Of a stretch of DNA of 64,000 nucleotides, positions 24,743 through 36,000 are shown in pieces (position 1 is the first letter of the stretch; the number at the start of each line of letters is the position of its first letter). Both the position numbers and the translations under genes were made by a program. The notes beneath the pieces are model-generated. The model was not told where the DNA came from. It did no database searches and worked only from the letters and a program-made list of their open reading frames with translations. This DNA comes from Nemertoderma westbladi (lineage: Eukaryota > Animalia > Xenacoelomorpha), in contig JAUCBJ010003949.1 in NCBI GenBank assembly GCA_032718475.1, forward strand, positions 42 to 64,041, in the 5' to 3' direction.

Positions 24743-25376
24743 CTACTAGGATCGGCATGCTGCATTGCAGCTGCATTTTTAAGAATGCTGTGCCGGCTTG
24801 TCAACAAAATTGCACCGCCACAACTCCCTATCACCCATGACATTTGCTAGATCATCCGCATCTTTAAGGCCAGTGCCCTTTAAGATGCGTCTCAAGAAAG
24901 TCATGGGCTGTCCACCATGCTTATTCACTCCATGAGGCTGCCAAAGTACAAGATTATGCACTGGCTGGTCCTCACGGCGAAAGCAATGTCCTGCAAAGCG
25001 GAGGCGATTTTGTTCTAGTGTCAAGCTTGGGGGAACCAATGAGACACCTCCAATGTTATATAGTGTCTGGTTGGAGATGTGTGTATTGTACTTGACACAA
25101 TGAACCCGGCGTAGCATTCTTGTGAATGTGCCATCCAGAGATTTGGTGTCCTCGGCAGTTAGAGCCCGGCATGGACTCCCGTAGAGGAGTACTGGAACTA
25201 CTGCTGCTCTAAATAATCGGACCTTAGGTTTCCGATGAATTCTCGGTGACTTCCAAATCCTGGAAAGCCTATTCAAGGCTGCCCATGCCTTTCCCTTACG
25301 TATTCGAAGGTCCTCACCTGACTTCCGGATCCATGATCCCAGGTAACAGAAGTCGTCCACATGCTCAAGCATACCA
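24743..25376 (-). mobile_element. 5'-truncated copy of the same RTE family
   Basis: Near-identical to the reverse complement of ~17787-18420; TAG tail; probable TSD AGGAATA (24736-24742 and 25380-25386). Confidence 0.95.
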
Positions 25377-25627
25377 CATAGGAATAGTGCTCCTTCAATA
25401 CATCTCAACAGACATCAATTCATTTGCCTGTGCCTACCAACGCGTGCTCCATAACATAACATATATTCTTGATTTCCATCACCTCTCATCACAATTATTA
25501 TTAGTAATTAAAAGTTTCAATTCGGTTTGTCTTTCCGTTATCTGGTTATTCAGTTATTGCATTATTAATAAATAAATGTTTTAAAATATATCTTATACGA
25601 AATATGGTTAATCATTAAAACTTGTCG

Positions 25628-26180
25628 CTAACATTCTCGCTATGGGGGTTTTAAAGAGTGTTGATTACATTTCTAATGTCAGTTTTCAGGTTTACATAAA
25701 TCTAGTGTGTCTGTCTGTCGGTCTTTCTGTCAGTCAGTCTGCCAAAACATAAAAGAGAATTCAAATTAACTAACATTCTCGCAATGGGGGTTTTAAGGTG
25801 TGCTGATTTCATTTCTGATGTCAGTTTTCAGGTTTAAATAAATCTAGTCTGTCTGTTTGTCGGTCTTTCTGTCAGTCAGTCAGTCTGTCAAAGTCAGTCA
25901 GTCTGTCTTAAAAAAGAATATAAACTAACTAACATTCTCGTTATGGGGGTTTTAATGGGTGCTAATTTTATTTCAGATGTCAGTTTTCACGTTTAAAAAA
26001 ATCTAGTCTGTCTGGCTGTCGGTCTTTCTGTCAGTCAGTCTGTGAAAACTTAAGAAAGTATACTAACTAACCAACATTCTCGCAATGGGGGCTTTAAGGG
26101 TTGCTGATTTCATTTTTGATGTCAGTTTACACGTTTACATAAATCTTGTCTGTCTGTCTGTCGGTCTCTCTGTCAGTCTG
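25628..26180 (+). repeat. Four tandem ~145-160 bp repeats with (GTCT/GTCA)n tracts
   Basis: AACATTCTCG..ATGGGGG.TTTAA...GATGTCAGTTT.CA.GTTTA.A.AAATCT.GT recurs at ~25630, 25772, 25931 and 26073. Confidence 0.85.
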
Positions 26181-27870
26181 AACTACTGTACTGTGGTTGG
26201 CATTACGCCATATACCTAACACTAATAATACAGTCTACAATACAGCCTATCTACAGTACAGAATGGATTTTTTGCCACGAAGAGCAATAAATGTCATTAA
26301 TACTATCCACCAGTATACCTTCTCCAAGAGCCTTCCAATAAAACATGTATTCCAGCATGACGTCCACTGCACGTCTTCGTGTTGTCCATTGTGACGTGCA
26401 GTGGACTTCATAGGCTCTAAGGGGTTAAGCAACACGGTCCCTACTTCGCCCTGTCGACACCCCAGCCATTTTTCACCAATCCTTTTTTAGAGTTTTTTAA
26501 TTTTTTTGGTATTGGTGAAAGTTCTACAACATTAGTAGATATGTTTTTTATGATAGCTAGTGTTTTTTTGCTAGCTAGTATTTTTTGAAATTATAAAAAA
26601 TGTGAAAGTCCATCATATTTCAGGTTAAACTGTTGATGAATATATTAATGACCAAAATAATTTCCAAAAATTACTAGCTAGTAAAAAATACTTGCTATAT
26701 ACCATAAAAAATCTACTAAGGTTCTAGAACATTCACTAATATAAAAAAGCACTCAAAATCACAAAACAATAAAAGTTAAAAAACTCATTCGGGACTCTTT
26801 TGCTTAAGGAGTCAAAATGTAGAAAAAAGTCCCGAAGTTTGCGACGTTTGCGAAATTCGCGAAGAATTCGTCAGTTTCTGTGCCCTAATGGTTTCGTGAC
26901 GAAACAATAAAATCTTACACACTTAACACACACGAACTAATTTAATGTGTGTATTAGTATGCCTGAATAATTAAATAGAAATTGAATTAATGAACGCTAT
27001 TTCAACATGAAATCTACGGAATCAATACACAACACACACACACTACTGAATTTAAAAGTTTATATAGATTGCAACTTATATTTGGCTGCTACCTTTTAGG
27101 CCTAATGGGTGACTAATTTAATTATTCACCCCTATATATTTGTAGCCTTTTTAATTTGTGCCTCTAATTGAATCAAACATTAAACCAAAATATATGTCAC
27201 AATATTGGTCTGTCGGTAGCTGGTCAATGAATCTCTCATAAATTTGTTAATTAGTCGCTGCTCAGTCATTGAACATTTGAACACGTGCTGCTCGAAGACC
27301 CCACAACGTGTTATGAACTGCATCCTATCTTTTTCTCCTTTTTTTTTTAACTACATCCTTTCCTTTTTTTCCTTTTTTTTGAAAATATAAAATCATTTTT
27401 TCCTTTTTTTCTCTTTTTTTGGCTGGGAGGGCTGTAAATTGTAAAACTAATATTTATCACGCCCCCCTCATCCGCCTCTTCCTTCTTAATCCCCAACTAA
27501 AACTCACTTCCCAAGATATTTAACCAAGTTACCTCGCAACGTTATATAAAATTATTTACATTTATTTAAAGAATAATATAGTATTACTGGCAGATAGGTT
27601 ATATTGGACGGATCCAAGAATTCGATGTCCTTATTTCTAACGCGTGTTTGTTTGTTTGTTTGTTTGTGTGTTTGTTTGTACACACAACTTCTGGCACTTT
27701 ATGGTGATGGAATTGGATGAAACTTTGATGATAGGTTCATTATCGGACCTAGTTGTGTATGATGCAAGGTTTTGGTTGCTGGGGACCTGTTGGTTGCTGG
27801 GGGTGCTACCCCACCACCCCCCCCCCCCCCTAAACCTTTATTTTATTGCTCAGTAATATATTTATTATAG

Positions 27871-28064
27871 TTGGGCGGTGCAGAAGAGATAGCATTCTCA
27901 GTGAAGACCATGTCTCTCCCACTAGTAGTCATTGTCCATGGCAACCAAGAAGCGTCAGCAACGGCCACCATACTGTGGGACAACGCATTCGCGGATTCCG
28001 GGAGGATTGGCTTTACTGTACCCGATAGAGTTTCTTGGAAAGATTTAACAACGTCACTTAATAA
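27871..28064 (+). CDS. STAT: STAT5-like transcription factor, exon covering the end of the DNA-binding domain and start of the linker
   Basis: [33 protein letters not shown] matches STAT5 VKTLSLPVVVIVHGSQD.NATATVLWDNAFA; ag/gt boundaries (ttatag, gttagt). Confidence 0.92.
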
Positions 28065-28158
28065 GTTAGTATTGTTGTTGTAGCCACTAAGTAAATACGT
28101 CCTTGGTCTACTTTGTGGGTAGCTTTGTGATACTTAACTCAGGATTTGTTTATTTCAG

Positions 28159-28267
28159 TAAATTCCACCAAATTGGTGCGTTACCTATGACTGAAGAAAA
28201 TTTGCAATACTTGGCGGAGAAAGCGTTCCCCACCTTACCACCGAATCCCGTTTATGATAAATTACAA
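28159..28267 (+). CDS. STAT: STAT exon (linker domain)
   Basis: KFHQIGALPMTEENLQYLAEKAF; phase-consistent tttcag / gttagt boundaries. Confidence 0.88.
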
Positions 28268-28443
28268 GTTAGTGTAAATTACATGTACCGGACTATCCTA
28301 AAGTATGTTACCGTCCTTCTTGGTCAATATCGATATTGATACCGGTACGCTTCTGCATGCATTGCAGTTTTTGTTGCTTCTCTGTGTACTGATATGAGTA
28401 ATATGGTTGCTTTTTAAATTCATATTTCGTGTATTTTTTTCAG

Positions 28444-28663
28444 ATAACGTGGTCCCAATTTAATAAAGATACTTTGGCGCATAAATCATTTACTTTTTGG
28501 GAATGGTTTCACGGAATATACGACTTACTCAAGCGACATCTTAAAGAGTTGTGGAACGATAAGCTTATTGTCGGCTTTTTAGGGAAATTGACCGCCCAAG
28601 AAGCGCTGCTCAATTGTCCACAAGATGGGACGTTTTTGCTTAGATTTAGTGACGGGGAACTGG
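28444..28663 (+). CDS. STAT: STAT exon (linker and SH2 start)
   Basis: ITWSQFNKD...FTFWEWF...LWNDKLIVGFL...DGTFLLRFSDGEL; ttcag / gtgagt boundaries. Confidence 0.93.
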
Positions 28664-28759
28664 GTGAGTGGAACGTTTTTACTTCCCTTAGAACGTTTTT
28701 GTGACTGCGAGCGAACATTATTTTAATTTATACAAATGTCTTACGTCTTCCAACTTTAG

Positions 28760-28949
28760 GCGGAATATCAATAGCGTGGATCGCCACCCACCCTGAGACT
28801 CACACACGACAGGTCTGGCATATCAACCCCTTTATCGCACGAGACTTCATTATTCGTTCTTTAGCGGAACGAGTAAAGGATTTCGACCATCTCACAGTTC
28901 TCTACCCTTGTCGTCCCAAGGCCGAGGCGTTCGGGAAATTCTACGAACG
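28760..28949 (+). CDS. STAT: STAT exon (SH2 domain); not in the ORF track
   Basis: GGISIAW...QVWHINPFIARDFIIRSLAERVKDFDHLTVLYPCRPKAEAFGKFY; tttag / gtaagt boundaries, phases match the neighbours. Confidence 0.92.
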
Positions 28950-29715
28950 GTAAGTATTATTGGAATGCATTGATAATCGCCTGATGGCGCTTAAATGTTA
29001 TAATTAGTTAATTAATTTTCACATTTGATGGCTTTCAATCTGTCTGTAGTTTTTTCTAAGGAGGTTTTATGACTGAGAAATCGGTTAAAATATCCAGTTG
29101 GTTTTTCTTTTGAACTGTTTATTTTGTTATAAGATTGGAAACGTTAAAACCATAGAGCTGTTAATAATTTAAACCGCTGGTTTATTTAATGGTTTTAATG
29201 GTAATTAAAGAAATTAAAGAAAGATATCCTGATATGTTAAACTTAAATATATATTTTATTCATACGAATATTATTCATACACCAGGGGCGTAGCCGAGGG
29301 GGAGGGGGGGGGGGGGGGGGGGGGGTGGTGGTGTGGGTTGGTTCTTTCTATCGCGCTTACTTCGCTTGCAATCTCCCCCCCTTCACAGAATCTTGGCTAC
29401 ATCACTGATTAGCTAGACTGTAAGGCATCGTCCATAGAGTTCGTCAGGTATATGATGTCCGAATACATCCGGGATTTTTATACCGATTACAACATCCCTG
29501 TCCGGCACGCCCCCTGTTTTTGTGTAAATACCCCCCTTATTTCGCGGACGTACTCACTATAATTTATGCCCGAATATGGGCATTACATCTACATCTTTAC
29601 TTCACCTTTCACCTACATCTTCCTCGAATCCGATTGTAAAACGGATTGTTAGACGATTGTGTAATTAGAGATTGGGGCTTTGTAAACTCAAGAGAAATAC
29701 CTTTGAAATCTTGGG

Positions 29716-29930
29716 CACTTTCTTGGACACACTTTTCCTACTTTATTGACACACTTTGGAAACTCTTTGGACACACTTTCTTGGACACTCTTTGGACACA
29801 GTTTGGACACTCTTTGGACACACTTTCTTGGACACTCTTTGGACACTCTTTGGACACACTTTCTTGGACACTCTTTGGACATAGTTTGGACAATCTTTGG
29901 ACACACTTTGGACACACTTTCTTGGACACT
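29716..29930 (+). repeat. Intronic minisatellite of 11-14 bp TTGGACAC units
   Basis: TTGGACACACTTTC and TTGGACACTCT units repeated in tandem. Confidence 0.9.
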
Positions 29931-29959
29931 TGTTAGGAGAATCGCCCATTTGTGTTTAG

Positions 29960-30096
29960 GAATGCGGATCATGTGCAACGGGCTGTCCGTCTAGGTTACG
30001 TCGAAGCCGTCCTTATTAACAAGGTAACTGACCCCGTGGTGGCTGCCCCAATGAATATAGACAACCCAGAGACTCCAGCGCGACCAGACTGTCATG
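29960..30096 (+). CDS. STAT: STAT exon carrying the phosphotyrosine motif
   Basis: RNADHVQRAVRLGYVEAVLINKV; GYV corresponds to STAT5 DGYVKP; tttag / gtatgt boundaries. Confidence 0.85.
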
Positions 30097-30527
30097 GTAT
30101 GTTGGCTTACATTCTTAAATGCTTAATAATTTATACGAAACGCTGAAATAATATTTTTATAGGAATAGGTGTAGAGTTATAATATAGGTGTGAATAAGTA
30201 GATGTATTGTGTGAATTATATGGGTAGAGATGACGATTGGATGAATTTGTTGAACACTCACAGTTTAATCATAGTCCTAATTACTAACTAGTTTCTTAAT
30301 GATAAATAATATAGCACATTATTTTACAGTAATCTTTGTGGTAATGTTGCATATTGTAATTGTAATCTGGTATTATAATTATTCTTATAAAAAAAACTTG
30401 CTGTGATCATACGAACGGCGAGTTAAGATGTTGTCGTTTTTCTCGTAAATTACCATGATACGTTTATTGAATTACTCTTAAATAAACTTAATAAACTTTA
30501 ATTACCTATTTATTGTCTTCTCCGCAG

Positions 30528-30730
30528 ACGGATACCCACTAAGTCCAATGTCGTCGTTAATCTGCAGTCCCCCGCCCCCGAGCATTGGTTCCCAGTCTGT
30601 GGTCACTGACGATGGCCGAGGCATCCACGTTCCACAGATATCCGACCTCCTCTCCGATCTTCCCCACTCGATGGCCATCGACGAAGACGAACTAGCCGAC
30701 TTCCTCACGCGATTCCAAGATCCATCGTAG
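30528..30730 (+). CDS. STAT: STAT terminal exon (Ser/Pro-rich, acidic transactivation tail)
   Basis: cgcag acceptor, phase-consistent; DGYPLSPMSS...DEDELADFLTRFQDPS*; PLSP resembles the STAT PMSP serine site. Confidence 0.78.
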
Positions 30731-31174
30731 TCTCTTTGTTCTCCGTCCCTATAGATCCGTCCGTCCTAGACCTCCCACACTCAGAGACAACCATGCACAG
30801 CCTCGCGGCAATCTTGTAAAAGATGTGGATTATCAGCCATCAAACTTGTTATAGCTTATAACTTAGTTGTTATAGATTTCCAGTGTAATAATGTTGTATT
30901 TCTAGTGAAACCCAGCTGCTGCTATCATCCATACTGCTATTGCTATTACCAAATTCAACCTTGGTATTATCATCCATTCACACCAGTTCCATTAGCATAC
31001 ATATCGCACAGCATACACGCTTGCTTTATCTCTCACACATCCTGATTGTGAATAAAATAGGGTATGACTTTAGCAGGGGAATACTAATATATACTTATAC
31101 AATTTTATACAACTTGTACAATTTGCAGGGTAAGACCCCAAGTTTCGTTTCCTATTTGTATGCCCGGATTGTAA

Positions 31175-31415
31175 CATGCATGTCCTACAACTCTAGCCCT
31201 AACTATTAATTACTGTGAATCATGCATGTCCTACAACTCTAGCCCTAACTATTAATTACTGTAAATCATGCATGTCCTACAACTCTAGCCCTAACTATTA
31301 ATTACTGTAAATCATGCATGTCCTACAACTCTAGCCCTAACTATTAATTACTGTAAATCATGCATGTCCTACAACTCTAGCCCTAACTATTAATCACTGT
31401 GAATCATACATGTTC
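31175..31415 (+). repeat. 46-bp tandem repeat, about 5 copies
   Basis: CATGCATGTCCTACAACTCTAGCCCTAACTATTAATTACTGT(A/G)AAT. Confidence 0.95.
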
Positions 31416-32608
31416 TAAACTTTATTTTGTGGTTCCCCATCCCCCTTCACAACTTTGGTGACTAAGAATTATCTACGGGATATGACGTGTACGTTGGCGT
31501 CGTTGTGCCGTAGAGGGCTATGATGTGCCGCCATCACCATAGGTTAGGTTAGTTCGAAGACTTCTAGGAAATAGTATTTATTCGAATAATAATTTAGAAT
31601 ACAGACCATGCTCTAGAAGTCCTTGGCTAGTTTCATTGTGGGGTGATTTAGGCTCGTACCAAGTGGTCATACTTACAACTATCCCTTATTGCTACAATCC
31701 ATTGTTAACACATCCTATACTCTTTTTATACGTAGTTTTAGTGACATTTAGTTTAAATCGCATCAAAACTCAAACTGAACCTTAGAAATGAACAACCCAA
31801 TTTTGTAACGAAGAAAAACAGGTATTATTAGACTGACGAATAAATAATTTGCATTTAGTGCTGTTTAGTTCAGTGTAAGTAAGTGTACCGGTAAGTAAGT
31901 AGTATGCAGTTCCCAATAGAGGTGACATCTCTTCATTAACGACCATCGTACGATAGGCTCTGCTTTAGACTTTATCATATTATTCATACTTAATGAACAT
32001 GAGAACAACTAGATGCAAATTGTATTGTATTCCATTGTATTTGCATACCTATCTATGTTTAAATTCGTTTCAATTTAAATGTAAATTTATTTAGGTATTT
32101 TTTTGCATTTATTTTAACTTTTGTCAACAATTCGTTGTTATGGAAATCCGGCCGGTACCGAAACCGGATTTTTTTCTCAAAATTTTCTCAAAAATATCCG
32201 CCACACTACTACTCTATATCGTTCTGGCCTGGGATCTGCCGACTATACCTTTCGCCGTTCCGAGCGAGCTATAACGAGCGATTTTATTTATACAAGGGAC
32301 GGTCATAAAATGAAGAACATTTATTTTTCATTTTTTGCCTTTTTTACCTCCCCTTGCTGACTGTAAACCATTGTACAGCTGTACAGGTATAGAGAGAATG
32401 GCGACATCGCCATGTATTTATTGGATATCTGGTGTGGCTTACTCATCGGAAAGCAGAGGTCTACAGCAGTAGGCTATGTACCTCACTACCATCGGAAACC
32501 TTTAGTAAATATGCCAATGTAGACGACAATTATACAAAGTCTGACGACGTATTTCCAGTGCGGTCGTCCCAGAACTTTAAAGCATTCTGGCCAAAACGAA
32601 AACTTACC

Positions 32609-32698
32609 TGACCATCTTGCGGGGCTCGAACCCAAGACCTCTCGAGTCTGATATGTAAATTCAAGGCAACTACGTAATGAAACCACAGCGCCGTGGTC
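32609..32698 (-). mobile_element. tRNA-derived SINE head
   Basis: Minus strand reads GACCACGGCGCTGTGG...GAGGTCTTGGGTTCGAGCCCCGCAAGATGGTCA: strong B box, weak A box, pairing ends; too long and irregular for a functional tRNA. Confidence 0.5.
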
Positions 32699-33069
32699 GG
32701 TATAAATCAGTCGTTTTTAGATATAAGTTGCTTTTGTCTCAGTGTCCATGTATGTATTATATATGTTGGAAAAAACCATCATATCCTAATTCTGATAAAC
32801 TTTAAATCTTTAAAAATTCAACTACGTGGAATAAAATAAGATTTTTCGCAGTTAAGTTTGTAAAAAAATCAACCAGTTTGCATTTAATTTCGGTTTCTGT
32901 GTTCATCTGTCAAACTATTTTGCTATCAAACCTACTAAATATAGTTTCCTAAAATTTGCACTACGGTACTAGTCTTACTACCCTTGTGTCCAATCCAAAT
33001 GGAATAAATAATTTATTGTATTTTTTAATCTTACATAATACTATTAGTAATAGTTTTCGCAATAGTAAT

Positions 33070-36000
33070 CGTTTATTCCTTCCCCCCCCCCCCCCCCCTT
33101 GTCTCCACCCGCCTCGTTTATTCTCGCCCCCTTGTCTCCACCCGCCTCGTTTATTCCCCCCCCCCCCCTTGTCTCCACCCGCCTCGTTTATTCCCGCCCC
33201 CTTGTCTCCACCCGCCTCGTTTATTCCCTCCCCCTTGTCTCCACCCGCCTCGTTTATTCTCGCCCCCTTGTCTCCCACCCGCCTCGTTTATCCCCGCCCC
33301 CTTGTCTCCCACCCGCCTCGTTTATTCCCGCCCCCTTGTCTCCACCCGCCTCGTTTATTCCCGCCCCCTTGTCTCCCACCCGCCTCGTTTATTCCCGCCC
33401 CCTTGTCTCCACCCGCCTCGTTTATTCCTTCCCCCTTGTCTCCACCCGCCTCGTTTATTCCCGCCCCCTTGTCTCCACCCGCCTCGTTTATTCCCGCCCC
33501 CTTGTCTCCACCCGCCTCGTTTATTCCCTCCCCCTTGTCTCCCACCTGCCTCGTTTATTCCCGCCCCCTTGTCTCCACCCGCCTCGTTTATTCCCGCCCC
33601 CTTGTCTCCCACCCGCCTCGTTTATTCCCGCCCCCTTGTCTCCCACCCGCCTCGTTTATTCCCTCCCCCTTGTCTCCACCCGCCTCGTTTATTCCCGCCC
33701 CCTTGTCTCCACCCGCCTCGTTTATTCCCTCCCCCTTGTCTCCACCCGCCTCGTTTATTCCCGCCCCCTTGTCTCCCACCCGCCTCGTTTATTCCCGCCC
33801 CCTTGTCTCCCACCCGCCTCGTTTATTCCCGCCCCCTTGTCTCCACCCGCCTCGTTTATTCCCTCCCCCTTGTCTCCACCCGCCTCGTTTATTCCCGCCC
33901 CCTTGTCTCCACCCGCCTCGTTTATTCCCGCCCCCTTGTCTCCACCCGCCTCGTTTATTCCCTCCCCCTTGTCTCCACCCGCCTCGTTTATTCCTTCCCC
34001 CTTGTCTCCACCCGCCTCGTTTATTCCCGCCCCCTTGTCTCCCACCCGCCTCCTTTATTCCCTCCCCCTTGTCTCCCACCCGCCTCGTTTATTCCCGCCC
34101 CCTTGTCTCCCACCCGCCTCGTTTATTCCCGCCCCCTTGTCTCCACCCGCCTCGTTTATTCCCGCCCCCTTGTCTCCACCCGCCTCGTTTATTCCCGCCC
34201 CCTTGTCTCCCACCCGCCTCGTTTATTCCCGCCCCCTTGTCTCCACCCGCCTCGTTTATTCCCTCCCCCTTGTCTCCCACCCGCCTCGTTTATTCCCGCC
34301 CCCTTGTCTCCCACCCGCCTCGTTTATTCCCGCCCCCTTGTCTCCACCCGCCTCGTTTATTCCCTCCCCCTTGTCTCCACCCGCCTCGTTTATTCCCGCC
34401 CCCTTGTCTCCCACCCGCCTCGTTTATTCCCTCCCCCTTGTCTCCCACCCGCCTCGTTTATTCCCGCCCCCTTGTCTCCCACCCGCCTCGTTTATTCCCG
34501 CCCCCTTGTCTCCACCCGCCTCGTTTATTCCCGCCCCCTTGTCTCCCACCCGCCTCGTTTATTCCCGCCCCCTTGTCTCCACCCGCCTCGTTTATTCCCT
34601 CCCCCTTGTCTCCACCCGCCTCGTTTATTCCCGCCCCCTTGTCTCCACCCGCCTCGTTTATTCCCGCCCCCTTGTCTCCACCCGCCTCGTTTATTCCCGC
34701 CCCCTTGTCTCCACCCGCCTCGTTTATTCCCGCCCCCTTGTCTCCACCCGCCTCGTTTATTCCCGCCCCCTTGTCTCCACCCGCCTCGTTTATTCCCGCC
34801 CCCTTGTCTCCACCCGCCTCGTTTATTCCCGCCCCCTTGTCTCCCACCCGCCTCGTTTATTCCCGCCCCCTTGTCTCCACCCGCCTCGTTTATTCCCTCC
34901 CCTTGTCTCCACCCGCCTCGTTTATTCCCGCCCCCTTGTCTCCACCCGCCTCGTTTATTCCCGCCCCCTTGTCTCCACCCGCCTCGTTTATTCCCGCCCC
35001 CTTGTCTCCACCCGCCTCGTTTATTCCCGCCCCCTTGTCTCCACCCGCCTCGTTTATTCCCGCCCCCTTGTCTCCACCCGCCTCGTTTATTCCCTCCCCC
35101 TTGTCTCCACCCGCCTCGTTTATTCCCGCCCCCTTGTCTCCACCCGCCTCGTTTATTCCCGCCCCCTTGTCTCCACCCGCCTCGTTTATTCCCGCCCCCT
35201 TGTCTCCACCCGCCTCGTTTATTCCCGCCCCCTTGTCTCCACCCGCCTCGTTTATTCCCGCCCCCTTGTCTCCACCCGCCTCGTTTATTCCCTCCCCCTT
35301 GTCTCCACCCGCCTCGTTTATTCCCTCCCCCTTGTCTCCACCCGCCTCGTTTATTCCCTCCCCCTTGTCTCCACCCGCCTCGTTTATTCCCGCCCCCTTG
35401 TCTCCACCCGCCTCGTTTATTCCCTCCCCCTTGTCTCCACCCGCCTCGTTTATTCCCGCCCCCTTGTCTCCACCCGCCTCGTTTATTCCCTGCCCCCTTG
35501 TCTCCACCCGCCTCGTTTATTCCCTCCCCCTTGTCTCCACCCGCCTCGTTTATTCCCTCCCCCTTGTCTCCACCCGCCTCGTTTATTCCCGCCCCCTTGT
35601 CTCCACCCGCCTCGTTTATTCCCGCCCCCTTGTCTCCACCCGCCTCGTTTATTCCCGCCCCCTTGTCTCCACCCGCCTCGTTTATTCCCGCCCCCTTGTC
35701 TCCACCCGCCTCGTTTATTCCCGCCCCCTTGTCTCCACCCGCCTCGTTTATTCCCTCCCCCTTGTCTCCACCCGCCTCGTTTATTCCCGCCCCCTTGTCT
35801 CCACCCGCCTCGTTTATTCCCGCCCCCTTGTCTCCACCCGCCTCGTTTATTCCCGCCCCCTTGTCTCCCACCCGCCTCGTTTATTCCCGCCCCCTTGTCT
35901 CCACCCGCCTCGTTTATTCCCGCCCCCTTGTCTCCCACCCGCCTCGTTTATTCCCGCCCCCTTGTCTCCACCCGCCTCGTTTATTCCCTCCCCCTTGTCT

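Larger units (their letters stand above)
22892..27434. mobile_element. Non-autonomous DNA transposon, hAT-like, carrying nested insertions
   Basis: TIRs CAGGCCTCCCAG / CTGGGAGGGCTG (11/12 match); TAAAT on both flanks; subterminal TTTTTCC runs at both ends; possible transposase scraps on the minus strand (MDNTKTCSGRHAGIHVLLE ~26335-26390, GHGCPCHAL ~24605-24635). Confidence 0.55.

Noticed and set aside
29283-29407. hAT-like MITE (CAGGGGCGTAGCC / GGCTACATCACTG) with a long G run
   Set aside because: TIRs are degenerate and no TSD is evident; too weak to list as a feature.
29646-29994. Overlapping repeat ORFs on both strands
   Set aside because: Intronic TTGGACAC minisatellite inside STAT.
32541-32575. 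Possible second hammerhead (CTGACGA)
   Set aside because: No stem II followed by GAAA and no closing stem I.
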